Below are positions 12,047 through 25,733 of a DNA stretch of 64,000 bases, piece after piece. Source of the DNA: Heptranchias perlo (lineage: Eukaryota); contig NC_090335.1 of NCBI RefSeq assembly GCF_035084215.1, positions 32,178,001-32,242,000 of the forward strand, written 5' to 3'. A program made the translations under genes and the position numbers. The notes beneath the pieces are model-generated. The model had not been told where the DNA came from. It made no database searches and saw only the letters and a program-made list of their open reading frames with translations. Numbering within the stretch: position 1 is the first letter of the stretch; each line of letters begins with the position of its first letter.

Positions 12047-12675
12047 ACATAGAATTTACAGCACAGAAACAGGCCATTCAGCCCAACTGATCTATGCCGG
12101 TGTTTATGCTCCATACGAGCCCCCTCCCACCCTTCTTCATCTAAACCTATCTGCATATCCTTCTATTCCTTTCTCCCTCAAGTACTTATCTAGCTTCCCC
12201 TTAAATGCATTTATATTGTTTGCCTCAACTACTTCTTGTGGTTGCAAGTTCCACTCTCTAACAACTCTCTGGGTAAAGAAGTTTCTCCTGAATTCCTTAT
12301 TGGATTTATTAGTGACCATCTTATATTTATGACCCCTAGTTTTGGACTCTCCACAAGTGGAAACATCTTCTCTACGTCTACCATATCAACCCCCTTCAAT
12401 TCTATTCCTCTAGAAACGAACTTCAGTGCTTTGATTACATTTTTTATGGCCTTGTTAACCTGCATTACTACTTTTAATGATGTGAATCTGTGCCCCCAGA
12501 TCCCTTTCCTCCTCTACCCAATTCAGACTCTTATTTTCCAAGGAGTATGTGGACTCCTTATTCCTTCTACCAAATGCATCACCTCACACTTATCTATACT
12601 GAGATTCATTTGCCATTTACATGCCCATTTTGAAAGTTTATTAACGTCTTCTATTCCTCAGTATTAACTATACCC
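12047..12675 (-). mobile_element. Internally deleted CR1 3' fragment
   Basis: FRRNFFTQRVVREWN peptide and CR1 3' tail; ends about 30 bp from a GK donor site. Confidence 0.85.
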
Positions 12676-12706
12676 CCTTTCTGGCATTACAATAATAAAT
12701 TCTTAC

Positions 12707-12787
12707 CAGTGTCATCATTTTCTGTGTTTACCCAGCCCATCGATTTTTGTACAGCTTGCTTCCACCGAGCAAAACGTTTGTTGCTTT
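12707..12787 (-). CDS. GK: Glycerol kinase exon: SNKRFARWKQAVQKSMGWVNTENDDT
   Basis: atcttcag acceptor, G|gtaaga donor, 81 nt; WKxAVxKSMGW motif at the end of the kinase domain. Confidence 0.95.
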
Positions 12788-12999
12788 CTGAAGATTTAAA
12801 AATGATATTCATTAAGTCATCTAAATATTATTTTAAAAAACATTATCGATAGACACCTCCATTAGGGATGCCCCAAATGCAGAGCGCGAAATGATCTTTC
12901 ACTGACCTAGTGGAGTTTTCACCAGCTAGATGGTATCCATCTAATACACATTCAGCAAATTTCCCTCTTGAACTCTGCCAGGTGATCAACAATCACCAC

Positions 13000-14128
13000 C
13001 ATTCCCTCCAGAATGTTCATTCACTTGTGAACAAGATCCTTGCCATCCACAAGCTTATTGTGCATGACTGCATTGACATCACTGACTGAAACTTGGCTCA
13101 CAGATGGCAACAGCTTACCCCTTATTAAACCCTCCCTACCTGGCTATACGTTCCACCACCTGCCTGCCCAAACCGGTGCAGTGGCGGTGCGGCCCTCATC
13201 ACCAAATCACACTTTGGTCTCTCCCCTTACTCCTCTGCTACGTTCTCCTCCTTTGAACATCTTACCTTGTTCCAGCACTCTCCTCTCTCCTTTAATATCC
13301 TCGTTGTCTACCACTACAAACCCCCCAGTCGCATCCTTGAGTTTCTCATTGAGGTATACTCCCTCTTTTCCTGCCTTAGTCTGTGTACTGAGTGACTCTT
13401 CTTCCTCAAGTGATTTCAATCTCCATCTCCGGTCCCCTTGCCCATACTCCTGATTTTACTGCCCCCTTGTGTTCCCCAAACCTCTTCGTCCATATAAACT
13501 TCCTTGCATATATTCACAGCCACCCCTTGATCTTGTAATCTCCAATGGTGTCAATCACACACAAGATCATCTCCGACCACTTCCTTCTATCCTTCACTAT
13601 TCACATCCCCCTACCGCCTTCCAACTCTACCTGTTTCTGCATCTGCCGCTGGAAAAAACTCTCCCCAGGTCACTTACAATTGCACTTTCAAACCGTCAAC
13701 TGCCTAGCCTTCCCCTTCCATTCACCACAATACCTCTGCAGCTATCAATCTGCTCAGTCGCTTCCTCATCTCCATCTTTGTGCCCTCGTTCTCAGCAAAA
13801 AACGTTATTCATTCCCCCAACTCTGTCGTTCCCCCTCGTACGGCCCCATCTTTACTCCCTCTTGTCCAGTGGGTGCAGACTTCAGCGTATCTGGTACACA
13901 AATGGTTTAGTCATCCATCACCTGATCTGAATGGACCATGTGAAGGCAATCGAACCTCACTCTCCTTTGCCAAAACCGCCCACTACTTCAAGATCAACCT
14001 GGAGCGCAGAAATCACCCCAGGCTTCTTTTCTCCACTACCAACTGTCTCTTAACCCACTTTCCCCTGCCCTCTCCACCCAACAAATGTGAGGAGTTCATG
14101 GACTTCTTTGTCACTGAGATTGGGAATA
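13000..14128 (+). mobile_element. Decayed L2-clade LINE, endonuclease/linker region
   Basis: LTETWL, YTFHH, DFNLH, LDLVIS and ISDHFL APE motifs; KTAHY...PRLLFSTTN...CEEFMDFF linker. Confidence 0.75.
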
Positions 14129-14379
14129 TTTATATGAAGCTGACCGTGCAAAATTTGCTGGGCCAGCACCAGGTCAGTCAGGTGGTTGAAAGCCCAACCC
14201 ATTACTTACGCTGTGGAGTGCACCAGGGAATAAAATCCCAGCTGGAGTATCAACCAGCTTTTATTGTATGGACAGCTTTACATCAGAACCTGATCATGTT
14301 TTTACCAGAAGTCCACACATCTGCACCTTCTAGAAGGGGTGTTAGCTGTTTGGTAAACTTAAGAGAGAGCGAGCGAGCT

Positions 14380-15080
14380 AAAGTGTAAGAGAGTGAGAAC
14401 GACAGACACAGCAAAAAGGTGATTCGGAAGAAGTGAAAGAAACAAGACTTTCATTGCCTCTTTGAAACGCATGGAGGAAATCAAGTGATAGTGATTTAAC
14501 CAGTGCACTTAGGGATGGCTGGAAATCATAAACACGGAGCATGTAATGTGAAGGAAGTTGAATGTAAAGCGGAATTAGCAAAACATCAGATAGGATCAAT
14601 GATGAATGGGAGGAGGCCATTGACATGAAGAAGGAACAGAGTGAGACAGAAGATGGGCCAATAGAGAACTCCTGATTTAATGGAAAGAGTCAGACGATGG
14701 CCATCAGATATATCAGATATTGTGATTTGAGAACAAACTAAATAGCCATAAATATAGTTTTTAGTGAGGGCGCATATGATGCAACATTGTTTAGAATTCC
14801 AGAATAATAGATCCTGTCAAAGCTTTGGACGTGTCCAAAGCGATGATAGATAATTGAATAGAATATTCAAGTACAGAGCACTACGAATACTTAAAAAGAT
14901 CAGCAGTGGAATGACCATGCCAGCAATCATTTATCAGGCCAGGTCTTTCAAGGTGATGGATTAAGAGAAGTTTCCATAACTAGGATGGAGCAGAGGTTAG
15001 CAAAGGCAGTGGGTGAACCTCTAACGAAGTGCAGACTTTCAACTGGGAATTTGGTGCAGGGGGGAAGGAGGTGCTAGGTG
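14380..15080 (-). mobile_element. Probable highly decayed L2-like fragment
   Basis: Pyrimidine-rich minus strand with weak resemblance to 13000-14128; no clean motif. Confidence 0.3.
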
Positions 15081-15159
15081 ATTTAAAGCAAAGAACTATA
15101 AACTAATCTATCAACTTGTAAAACTTAAATAAAAAATACATAAAATTACAAAGAAAGAC

Positions 15160-18100
15160 TAAGACGAGCGGAGCATAAAGGGAGCCACACAAGAAATCAG
15201 AAATCAAGAAAAAGTCAAAAAGTGACATCACAAGATAAGGAGGAGCGCTAAGGGTAAGTCAGTAAGTATTTCGTGCATTAGTTAGTGTTGTTAGTGGTTT
15301 GTATTTTTTTTAGTGGTTAGTGTTTTAGTGTTAGATAAATGGTAAATTGCCTTAAAGCTAAACAAACAGTTTAAATAACTGCAGCTAACACGGCAGGACA
15401 GCTGGGGCCTGTCGCATGCAGATCCTGTGCCATGTGGGAACTCCAGAACACTTCATGTGTCCTGGAAAACAACATGTGCGGGAAGTGTCGCCAACTGCTC
15501 GAGCTCGAGCTCAGAGTTTGAGTTTGAGGGATGGCTGGCATCACTACAGTGTGTACGGGAAGCTGAGAGTTTCGTGGATGGCATGATTCAGGAGGTGCCC
15601 TAGTAAAATTGAAGTCAATGGGAATCAGGGGGAAAACTCTCCAGTGGCTGGAGTCATACCTAGCACAAAGAAAGATGGTAGTGGTTGTTGGAGGCCAGTC
15701 ATCTCAGCCCCAGGACATTGCTGCAGGAGTTCCTCAGGGTAGTGTCCTAGGCCCAACCATCTTCAGCTGCTTCATCAATGACCTTCCCTCCATCATAAGG
15801 TCAGAAATGGGGATGTTCGCTGATGATTGCAGTGTTCAGTTACATTCGCATGCATCCAGGCTTGGGTTGATAAGTGGCAAGTAACATTCATGCCAGACAA
15901 GTGCCAGGCAATGACCATCTCCAACAAGAGAGAGTCTAACCACCTCCCCTTGACATTCAACGGCATTACCATCTCCGATTCCCCCACCATCAACATCCTG
16001 GGGGTCACCATTGACCAGAAAGACTGGAACAGCCACATAAATACTGTGGCTACAAGAGCAGGTCAGAGGCTGGGTATTCTGCAGCGAGTCACTCGCCTCC
16101 TGACTCCCCAAAGCCTTTCCACCATCTACAAGGCACAAGTCAGGAGGGTGATGGAATACTCTCCACTTGCCTGGATGAGTGCAGCTCCAACAACACTCAA
16201 GTCACACACCATCCCGACTTGGAAATATATCGTGTTCCTTTATCGTCGCTGGGTCAAAATCCTGGAACTCCCTACCTAACGGCACTGTGAGAGAACCTTC
16301 ACCACACGGACTGCAGCGGTTCAAGAAGGCAGCTCACCACCACCTTCTCGGGCAATTAGGGATGGGCAATAAATGCTGGCCTCGCCAGCGACGCCCATAT
16401 CCCATGAATGAATAAAAAAAAAAAAACGTGGTCACCCCGTAGCTACAGAGCGTTCAGGCGTAGAGGGAGTGGGTGACCACCAGACAGACTAGGAGGAACA
16501 GGCCGACAGGACAGGAGTACCCTGGAAGTATGGCACTCAAAAATCGGTATTCAGTGTTGCATACCAGTGAGGGTGTTGACACCTTGGGGGGAGTGCATTT
16601 GGGAGCAAATCCACGGCATTGTGGGAGACTCAGCTGCACAGGGGGGCAAAAGAAATGCAGTTGTTATGGGGGATTTGATAGTCAGGGGGATAGAAAGGCA
16701 TTTCTGCAACCGCCTATGAGAGTCCTGCATGGTGTGTTGCCTCCCTGGTGCCAAGGTAAAGGACATCACTGAGAGGGTGCAGAACATTTTGAGGCGGGAA
16801 GGGGAACAGCCAGAAGTCGTGGTCCATGTGGGAACCAATGACATAGGAAGGGTCGAGATCCTGCAGTCAGAGCTTCAGCAGCTAGTTAAAAAGCAGGATC
16901 GCAAAAGGTAATAATCTCTGGATTATTCCCAGTGCTATGCGCTAGTGAATATAGGAATAGTAGGATAAGACAGGTTAATGCGTGCCTGGAGCAATGGTGC
17001 AGGGCTTCAGATTCCTGGGGCATTGGGATCAGTTCTGGGGCAGGAGGGATCTGTTCAAGATCTGTTGAGGGTTGCACCTCAACAGAGGTGGGACCAATGT
17101 CCTCGAGGACAGGTTAATTTGTGCTGTGTGGGGAGGGTTTAAACTAATTTGTCAGGGGGATGGGCGTCAGGATGAAACATTAGAGAGAAGAAACAAGGTG
17201 CAGAGAGGACTGGGAGGAACAAGTAGCAATAGAGTAAAGAATAGTTCAGAAATAGGAGGGATCAGACAAGGGGGAAATGTGAGGCAATCTAAGATGAATT
17301 TAGAGTGCATGTGCGCAAACGCACAGTGTGGTGAATAAGTTTGGTGAGCTGCAGGCTCAAGTTGCCACATGGGACTATAAAAAGTGGCAGTAACAGAGAC
17401 CTGGCTCAAAGAAGGGTAGGACTGGGTACTTAATATTCCTGGCTACAAGGAACGATAGGGAAGGAAAGAAAAAGGGGGGGGGGAAATGGGGTGGCAGTAT
17501 TGATCAAATAAACTATTATAGCACAGGAAAGGAATGATGTAGTTGAGGAGTCAAAGATAGAATCTATTTGGTTAGAATTAAGGAACAACAGAGGAGCTGC
17601 ACGCTACTGGGTGTATACTATAGGCCACCAAAAAGTGGGAAAGAGATAGATGAGAAAATTTGCAGGCAAGATACAGAAAGATACAAGAACTATAAAGTAG
17701 TGATTATGGGGGCATTCAATTATCCCGATATAGACTGGGTCAGTAACAGTGTAAAGGGCAAAGAGGGGGAGGAATTCCTGAAATGTGTTCAAGAGAACTT
17801 TCTGGAACAATGTGTTTCCAGCCCAATGAGAAAGGAAACAGTGCTGAATCTAGTTCTGGGAAATGAAGTGGGGCAAGTGGAGCATGTTTCAGTGGGGGAG
17901 CATTTGGGGAACAGTGATCATAATATCATTATGTTTAGAATAGTTATGGAAAAGGACAAGGGACAATCAAATATGAAAATGCTTAATTGGCGGAGGGCAA
18001 ATTTCAGTGAGTTAAAAAGGGATCTTGCCCAGGTAGATTGGAATTAAAAATTGGTAGGCAAAATAGTAACCTTCAAGCGAGGAGTTGGTTCGGGTACAGA

Positions 18101-20142
18101 GTAGACATATCCCGACGAGGAGGAAAGGAAGGGTATCCAAAGCTAGAGCTCCCTGGATGACTAAAGATATAGACATTAAAATGAAACAGAAAAAGGAGGC
18201 TTATGATGAATGTAAGGTTCATAATACAGTAGAGAACCAGGCCGAATACAGAAAGTGCAGAGGAGATCTAAAAAAGGGAATAAGAGGGGCCAAGAGAGAG
18301 TATGAGAATAGATTAGTGGCTAACATAAAAGGGAACCCAAAAGTCTTTTATAAATACATAAATAGTAAAAAGGTAGTCAAAGGAACGATGGGGTCGATTA
18401 GGGACAAAAAAGGAAATCTTGTGGAGGCAGAGGGCATGGCTGAGGTACTAAATGAGTACTTCGGATCCATCTTCACCAGAGAAGACGATGCTGCCACTGT
18501 AGCAGTAAAGAAGGAGGTAGTAATGATATTGGATAGGATAAAGACAGGTAAAGTAGAGAAAAAGATAGGCAGTTCTCAAAGTAGATCCAGATGGGATGCA
18601 TCCTAGGTTACAGAGGGAAGTAAGGGTGGAAATTGCAGAGGCTCTGGCCACAATCTTCCAATCCTCCTTAGATATGGGGACGGTACCGGAGGACTGGAGG
18701 ATTACAAATGTTACACCCCTGTTCAAAAAAGGGGAGAGGGATAAACCTGGCAATTACAGGCCAGTCAGCCTAACGTCAGTGGTGGGGAAACTTTTAAAGA
18801 CAATAATCCGGGACAAAATGAATTGGCACTTGGAAAAGTATGGGCTAATAAATGAAAGTCAGCATGGATTTGTTAAAGGAAAATCATGTTTGACTAATTT
18901 GATTGAATTTTTTGATGAAGTAACAGAGAGGGTTGATGAGGGTAGTGCAGTTGATCTTGTGTATATGGACTTTCAAAAGGCATTTGATAAAGTACCACAT
19001 AATAGACTTGTTAGCAAAATTAAAGCCCATGGGCTTAAAGGGACAGTGGCAGCGTGGATACAAAATTGGCTAGGTGACAGAAAGCAGAGAGTAGTGGTGG
19101 CCGGTTGTTTTTCAGACTGGAGGGAAGTATACAGTGGTGTTCCCCAGGGGTCAGTATTAGGATCACTGCAGTTTTTGATATATCCTGGACTTGGGTATAG
19201 AGGGTATAATTTCAAAGTTTGCAGATGACACGAAACTCAGAAATGTAGTAAACAATGAGGAGGATAGTAACAGACTTCAGGAGGACATAGACAGACTGGC
19301 GAAATGGGTAGAAACGTGGCAGATGAAATTTAACGCAGAGACGTGTGCAGTGATGCATTTTGGTAGGAAGAATGAGGAGAGGCAATATAAACTAAATGGT
19401 ACAATTTTAAAGGGGGTGCAAGAACAGAGAGACCTGGGGGTGCACATACACAAATCTTTGGAGGTGGCAGGACAAGTTGAGAAGGCTGTTAAAAAAGCAT
19501 ATGGGATCCTGGGCTTTATTAATAGAGGCATAGAGTACAAAAGCAAGGAAGTTATGCTGAACATTAATAAAACACTGGCTGGGCCTCAGCTGGAGTATTG
19601 TGTTCAATTCTGAGCACCACACTTTAGGAAGGGTGTTAAAGCCTTAGAGAGGGCACAGAAGAGATTTACTAGAATGGTGCCAGGGATGGGGGGGGGCTTC
19701 AGTTATATGGAGAGACTGGAGAAGCTGGGGTTATTCTCCTTAGAACAGAAAAGATTAAGGGGAAATTTGATAGAGGTGTTCAAAATCTTGAACGGTTTTG
19801 ATAGAGTAAATAGGAAGAAACTGTTTCCAGTGGCAGAAGGGTCGGTAAACAGAGGTCACAGATTTAAGGCAATCGGCAAAAGAGCCAGAGGTGACAGGAG
19901 GAAACATTATTTTTTAAACACAGCGAGTTGTAATGTTCTGGAATGCACTGCTTGAAAGGGTGGTGGAAGCAGATTCAATAGTAACTTTCAAAAGGGAATT
20001 AGATGAATACTTGAAGGGAAAAGATTTACAGGGCTATGGGGAAAGTGCAGGGGAATGGGACTAATTGGATAGCTCTTTTGAAGAGCTGGCACAGGCACAG
20101 TGGGCCGAATGGCCTCCTCCTGTGCTGTACCTACTACGGTAC
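15160..20142 (+). mobile_element. Near full-length CR1 LINE: ORF1 (zinc finger/leucine zipper + SGNH esterase) and ORF2 (APE endonuclease + RT), disabled
   Basis: ORF1 CxxC..CxxC near 15410-15490, GDS motif, CLPGAKVKDI, VVHVGTNDIG. ORF2 [44 protein letters not shown]. Multiple stops and frameshifts. Confidence 0.95.
15598..16427 (+). mobile_element. 5'-truncated poly(A)-tailed CR1-group LINE (family B) inserted into CR1 ORF1
   Basis: [26 protein letters not shown]; A-tail near 16414-16426; host ORF1 resumes at gtggtcacccc. Confidence 0.92.
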
Positions 20143-21569
20143 TAGAAATAATCAATACAAGGGCAATATTGTTTCAATTAGAAGGATAAGGGGGATCAAC
20201 TTTGAGGGGGTAGGATTAATATGAGCAAATTTCTGAAGAGAAAGACAGGTGGAGTGGTAGCAAGAGAGATGGCATAGAACAGGTGAAACTTTGAATGCAT
20301 AAATCGAGACTGGAGGTCTATTGGAGGTCCTGAGAGTGGCAGAAATAAAACCTGATATCAGACAGAAAGACCGAGTGGAGAGAGAGATTCAACTAGTTTT
20401 CTGCACCCTATTGCTCAGTCAAATTGCTTACTGAGACTTGCTGTCTGAGCTCATGTGTGAAGATTGGGCACTTGAATGAGTTACTGAAGGGCTTCTCATG
20501 TCCTAGAACTGTACCCCAAAATGAGTCACTGCCCTCAAGAGGAGCAAAAAAAATTGGGAAGGTGGGGTGGGGAAGGGGAAGGGGGGTAGGAAGAAGGGGA
20601 AAATGTAGTGATGCACCACAAGCTGACAACATTGGACAAATGCACTGGCAACAGTCAGTACCTTTACACAGGAGTCTGAGCTTTATTCATGTATTGTAAG
20701 ATTCAATTACACAATCTGTATTGATGTTAATCTTATGAAAAATCTATAGCATAACTGTGCTGAAACAAAAAAATTCTGCAACATGCAAATTTAGTGTTGC
20801 TATAGAATATTTAAATGCAAAATACATCTGCGTACATTGACACAATATATAATGTTTGACAACAGAATAAATTAAGACAGAAACTGACTGTGGGAACTTA
20901 AAAATAAGTACTATTTACTAACTTATGGAATGTATTAAGTGGAGCCCTACATTGACTGAGAATCAAATCTATGTATAGCCAATCATTGACAGGCTTCTGA
21001 TGTATCAAACCATCCTGTAGAAAATACATCAGCTAAACAGGATTGACTCATTTATCATATACATTGAATTGCAGGTCATTCCTTTTTCTCCAAGTTGTAC
21101 TGGATAGCCATTCCAACCATTGCACCAAATGTTATACGTTATCTCAAAATGAGTGAAGATCATTTCTTAGAACTTAAAATTTTGTAAACTTCTGGATTTT
21201 ATTTGAATACAATGTTAATTTTATCTTACCATGTAGCTAAACATTTACCTAAAAATGACCTATCTTGTAGAGACTTCCTTCTTTTTCAAATGGAAGCAGC
21301 CTGCACATGCCAATAAGACTAAGCCCAGGAAACTAACCATCACAATGTTATAAGTTCTAAAGGTCTTCATCATTGTCAGTTTCTTGCTTATTCCCTTTGG
21401 AATGTGGAGAATGCTGAAATAAGGAATACAGTATGTTGCTTGCTGCATTTTATGGAGTTGTGATGTGATTATAAGAACGCTTTCACTTTTTAAATAAAAA
21501 AAGTATTGCAATATAATTTAATACAATGAACACTTTCTGAAAAGATTTTCAGAACAAACATTTTCTTAC

Positions 21570-21713
21570 CATCAGGTTCTATCTGTGGCTCAAACTTCTC
21601 CCATACTACTGCTGAGAGATTGTCAGGAGACAGACTCCACACTCCAACACCATCTGCAGCACCAGCTGCCATCGCAGCACCTAGAGCAGTTGTTTCTGCC
21701 ATGGCTGGTTTTA
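21570..21713 (-). CDS. GK: Glycerol kinase exon: [47 protein letters not shown](E)
   Basis: ttttctttcag acceptor, G|gtaaga donor, 144 nt; ETTALGAA motif. Confidence 0.97.
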
Positions 21714-22089
21714 CTGAAAGAAAACGAAACACACTAAATGTTGTACTTGCTTGCTGCATGTTTAGATTTTTGAAGTTAAATTATTTGTAAATGTAGGTGC
21801 ATTCACAAAAATTGCTACAATTTCGATCAGTGCGAGGTGGAGCAAATTGCAGGATGTCATTATCTCAAACACTTTTTTGTCCCCTTTATTTTTTCCAAAA
21901 ATCAGAATCTGCAGAAGTCGTTCACTGTGCTTCAGACAGGAATTTGGTGCTGTTGAAGTCTTGGACTCTCTATCACCAAACCCATATGAAGACCAAGAGG
22001 TCTGCTTGGAAGAAGCTAGCAGATCATGTTAGGTTTACCATCTCTTGAAAGGGAGGTAGTATTACCACAATACCCCAAGTCTAATTACC

Positions 22090-22440
22090 AAGTGGTGAAA
22101 TTTGTTCTCACGATGATGAACGGTTTGAACCAAAGTCTGACTGAAACGAGTAACGAGCCAGAATTCATTAATAATCTGACAGTAAAAAAGCATCTTGCAA
22201 ACAGCGACCATAACATGATAGTTTGACATCAAGTTTGAGAAGGAGAACGATCACACACAAACCAAGCATACACAAAGCAAGGTTTTAAACTTAAGTAAGG
22301 CTGACTTCAAAGCAATGAGACGCAAGCTGAATAATTAAACTGGGCTAAGCTGTTAACAGGTAAACCTACAAAAAAAAGTGGGAGGTATTCAAATAAGTAT
22401 TTAGTACAAGATCAATACATACCTCCATGGGCAAGGAAAC
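22090..22440 (+). mobile_element. Decayed CR1 endonuclease fragment
   Basis: HLANSDHNMI motif. Confidence 0.6.
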
Positions 22441-22494
22441 CTCCTGCTGATTACCACCTACCCCCCACTCTCTCAGCTGATGAATCAGTAGTCC

Positions 22495-23000
22495 TGGTGG
22501 CATTACCATTAACATCCTGGGGGTTGCCATTGTCCATAAATTCAACTGGACCAGCCACATGAATGCCGTGGCTACTAGAGCATATCAGAGGCTGGCTATT
22601 CTGCAGTGAGTGGCTCACCTTCTGACTCCCCAAAGCATCGTGGCTGCAGTGTGTACCATCCACAGGATGCACTGCAGCAACTCGCCAAGGCTTCTTCAGC
22701 AGCATCTCCCAAACCTACGACCTCCACCACCAAAAGGACAAGGGCAGCAGTCACATGGGAACACCACCACCTCCAAGTTACACACCACCTCGACTTGGAC
22801 ATATATCACTGTTCCTTCATCATTGCTGGGTCAAAATCCTGGAACTCCGTAGCTAACAGCACTGTGGGAATACCTTCACCACATAGAATGCAGCGGTTCA
22901 AGAAGAAGGCCCACCACCAATGTTTGAAGGGGAACTAGGGATGGGCAATAAAGGCTGGCCTTGCTAGCGACACCCATATCCCCAGAATGAGCAAAGAAAA
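22495..23000 (+). mobile_element. Family B LINE 3' fragment
   Basis: Homologous to 15985-16415 and to the reverse complement of 47580-48100. Confidence 0.88.
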
Positions 23001-23059
23001 ATGCAAGTTGTTATTGTTTGTTGTTGCAGGGCAGAGCCAGTGCAAACACATCAATGTTG

Positions 23060-23330
23060 CCCACCGTGGGCTACAGTGCAGAGACTGACTCCGAGAAAGC
23101 CGAGTTCCACAAAGATCACCTCTGCACTGTCCACACCAAACCGAATCATAAGAAATTCAACATAGCTGGGAAAAAATATGGACCATTACATCCATACATA
23201 ACCAGAACTGTTCTAAACTTTGAGCACAGCCCTACAAGCAATGGAGAAGATAACGTACCCAACAACAATGCAACTGCCTCCCACACTTTATATGCACATC
23301 TGTGGACTCTGAATAATGGAGGAAAGGCTT
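23060..23330 (+). mobile_element. Possible very decayed RTE-type endonuclease fragment
   Basis: YSAETDSEKAEFHKD...FNIAG..YGP...NGE only loosely recalls RTE APE blocks. Confidence 0.2.
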
Positions 23331-24203
23331 GAGAGACCTCATCAGAGGGGCCTGCACTAGCAAAGACTAATCCATTATTATCACTACCAATGGAGTAAAA
23401 AGGACAGAACCCACCCCAGTTCATTTGCAACACTGCATGACTGATGGGCCTGTAGTTGGCAGTAGGCCTTAGCAACATTCAATCACAGAGAGGATGCTGT
23501 TATAGGGTTGGCTGGACCAGTGACACTGAACTCCACACACTCACCAGAATAGACTGTTAGAAACGCCAGAGTATCAGACACAAAAAAGATGTGGAAAGGA
23601 GAACAAACTCTGAGCTATCCTTAGCAAGCTCCCAATGTTAGTAACAGCAACTGAAATGGAGTTCCACTTGCAGCAGTAAATGCTTCCTTCAGAGTTGCCA
23701 TTCCCAAAATGACTCCCAACATGAAACTAAGAACCAGCGCCACACTTCACATTACTTTTGCTGTAAGCTTTAAATGTTGACTGTCATTGAAAGAAAGCCA
23801 ACTGCTTTAATTTAATTTTAGTACCTTTTCAGTTTGTAATAAATTAAATACTGTTGTTGTCAATATAGCGTTTTTCTGGGGTTCTCACTGACCTTCAAGC
23901 AGGAGATCAGGAGAACTCCTGTAGACATTCTACCCCAATATCTTCATCCACAGCCTTCGGGCAAGTTTCAGATTGCATACTTTCATTAAATTAAAATGTC
24001 TAAACTATTAGTATGGAGCTACACTCAATCCTCTGGAAAGCTATGCAATAACAATTCTTTTTGGAATTACTCTTCATATTTTAGAAAGGACAACACTATT
24101 GCTCAATTTTCATGATTCTGGAAGAAAAGTATGAAGTACTTGATGTCAGATTCCTTTTTTGTGGCGGGGGAACAGAAGGGAGGGTGGAATCTTGGATGCT
24201 TAC

Positions 24204-24324
24204 CTACTGGTATAGAAAGAATATCTGCTTGAAGCTGCATCATTATCTTGTTAGTGGTCATTCCTCCATCCACCTGGAGACTGGTCTGATCGATCCCAGA
24301 GTCTTTATTCATGGCCTCAAGAAG
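24204..24324 (-). CDS. GK: Glycerol kinase exon: [40 protein letters not shown](V)
   Basis: cttttag acceptor, G|gtaagc donor, 121 nt; VDGGM ATP-binding motif. Confidence 0.97.
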
Positions 24325-25733
24325 CTAAAAGAAGCATACAATCACTGAACAGTAACAGAAACACATTTAAGTCTGTGTTTTTTTTTTCCCATCCAATATA
24401 GATTAGCTCTTTGATGACGTCGCCCAATAAGAAATTTTATTCAGCATGTAAAAGGTCAAAAAATATTCGAAGAGCGGCTACTCACTTCATTTGTATTACC
24501 TGCAGAACCTAATGTACTATTAATGATGCACATTTTCCCCTACAAAAAAAAAATCTAATATAACTTTCCACTTGCGAATAAAATTGTACGGGTAAATTCC
24601 TTAATCCTGCACTCCCAGCAGGGAGCTTTACTCAGAGAGTGCAGTTCGGAAATAAGGCTACAACAATGTAGTGCTGATTTACCGTCCACGCTCAATTCAA
24701 GCATAGCTCCCACTGGGAGCATGGAATGTCTGCATTTACCCTGTTGTGTATGCAATTCTGACACTGTTTCAAGCCACAGGTTTCACCACAAAAGTCAGTA
24801 AAATCTGAAACTAAAGCTCAGGGACTGAAGCGTGATGTGAGTATGAACTCCCTGCAGTGCTTCAAAAGAAGGCTGCACAGGGTCCTGAGAGAGGAGAACA
24901 TTTCCAGTTATGGAGGGCAAGTTGTGGGGTGATTGGGATTAGAAGGATTCCTGAGTGACTACAATCTCCTGGAAATTCGCTTATTGTCTTGGGAGTTGGA
25001 GAAGAATTTCTCAGTGTTTTTCCTAAATTGACCAAGCTTTTTTCTCTCTGGGTTATTGCTCTGCCAGGAGATTGCGTTTGGCAGAGGGTGGGGGGAAGGG
25101 GAGGGATAGTAATTGGTACATGACTGCACCATGTCTGGATCGGCCAGTTTGATGGATATCATGGTCTTTTTCCAACCTTCTTTTTATATTGTATGTATGT
25201 TCATGTGGACAACTTAATCTTGACTATTTGGGGGTTAAATTGGGCCGTGTAGCGCCGGATTTTTAGGCGCTAAACCTAAGGTTACAAAATGGTGTCCAAG
25301 ATGCGCGCACACACTTCCGATGGGAATTGCACAGGACGCCATCTTGGTAATGGAGTTTGCGTGTGCCTAATGACCGCCGGCAGCATGCAGAGCAGGCAGA
25401 TCATGACGCGAATCAGTGTGCAACAATGATTTGAAGCCACCGCTGCCATTTTAGAACTCCACACTCCAGCCTACCCTGTCTTAACCTCGCACAGCTAAAT
25501 AGAACGTTAAATGGCATGAAGGACCCCTCACCAGCGCTATTTAAAGAGATCATGAAGTACTTACAGGTTAGTTGTAGCATTATTTCTTCTGGCTGCTGGT
25601 GCAATTGTATGTGTTTTTGGAGGTTTCCTCTACTTGGCTAAAGTTTCACTACTCTACAGGGAGTGGTCTGGCTGGTCTTGCAGTCCTTTTTGTGTCATTT
25701 AAAATATTGTGCTGAAAAAAGTTGCTTCCAGAC

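Noticed and set aside
21260-21511. Minus-strand ORF ending in a hydrophobic stretch plus basic tail (IVMVSFLGLVLLACAGCFHLKKK), resembling a tail anchor for GK
   Set aside because: Not in frame with read-through of the 21570 exon. The best acceptor (ttatttcag, about 21414) in the required phase gives AFSTFQRE* instead. It would also skip the conserved KSMGW exon.
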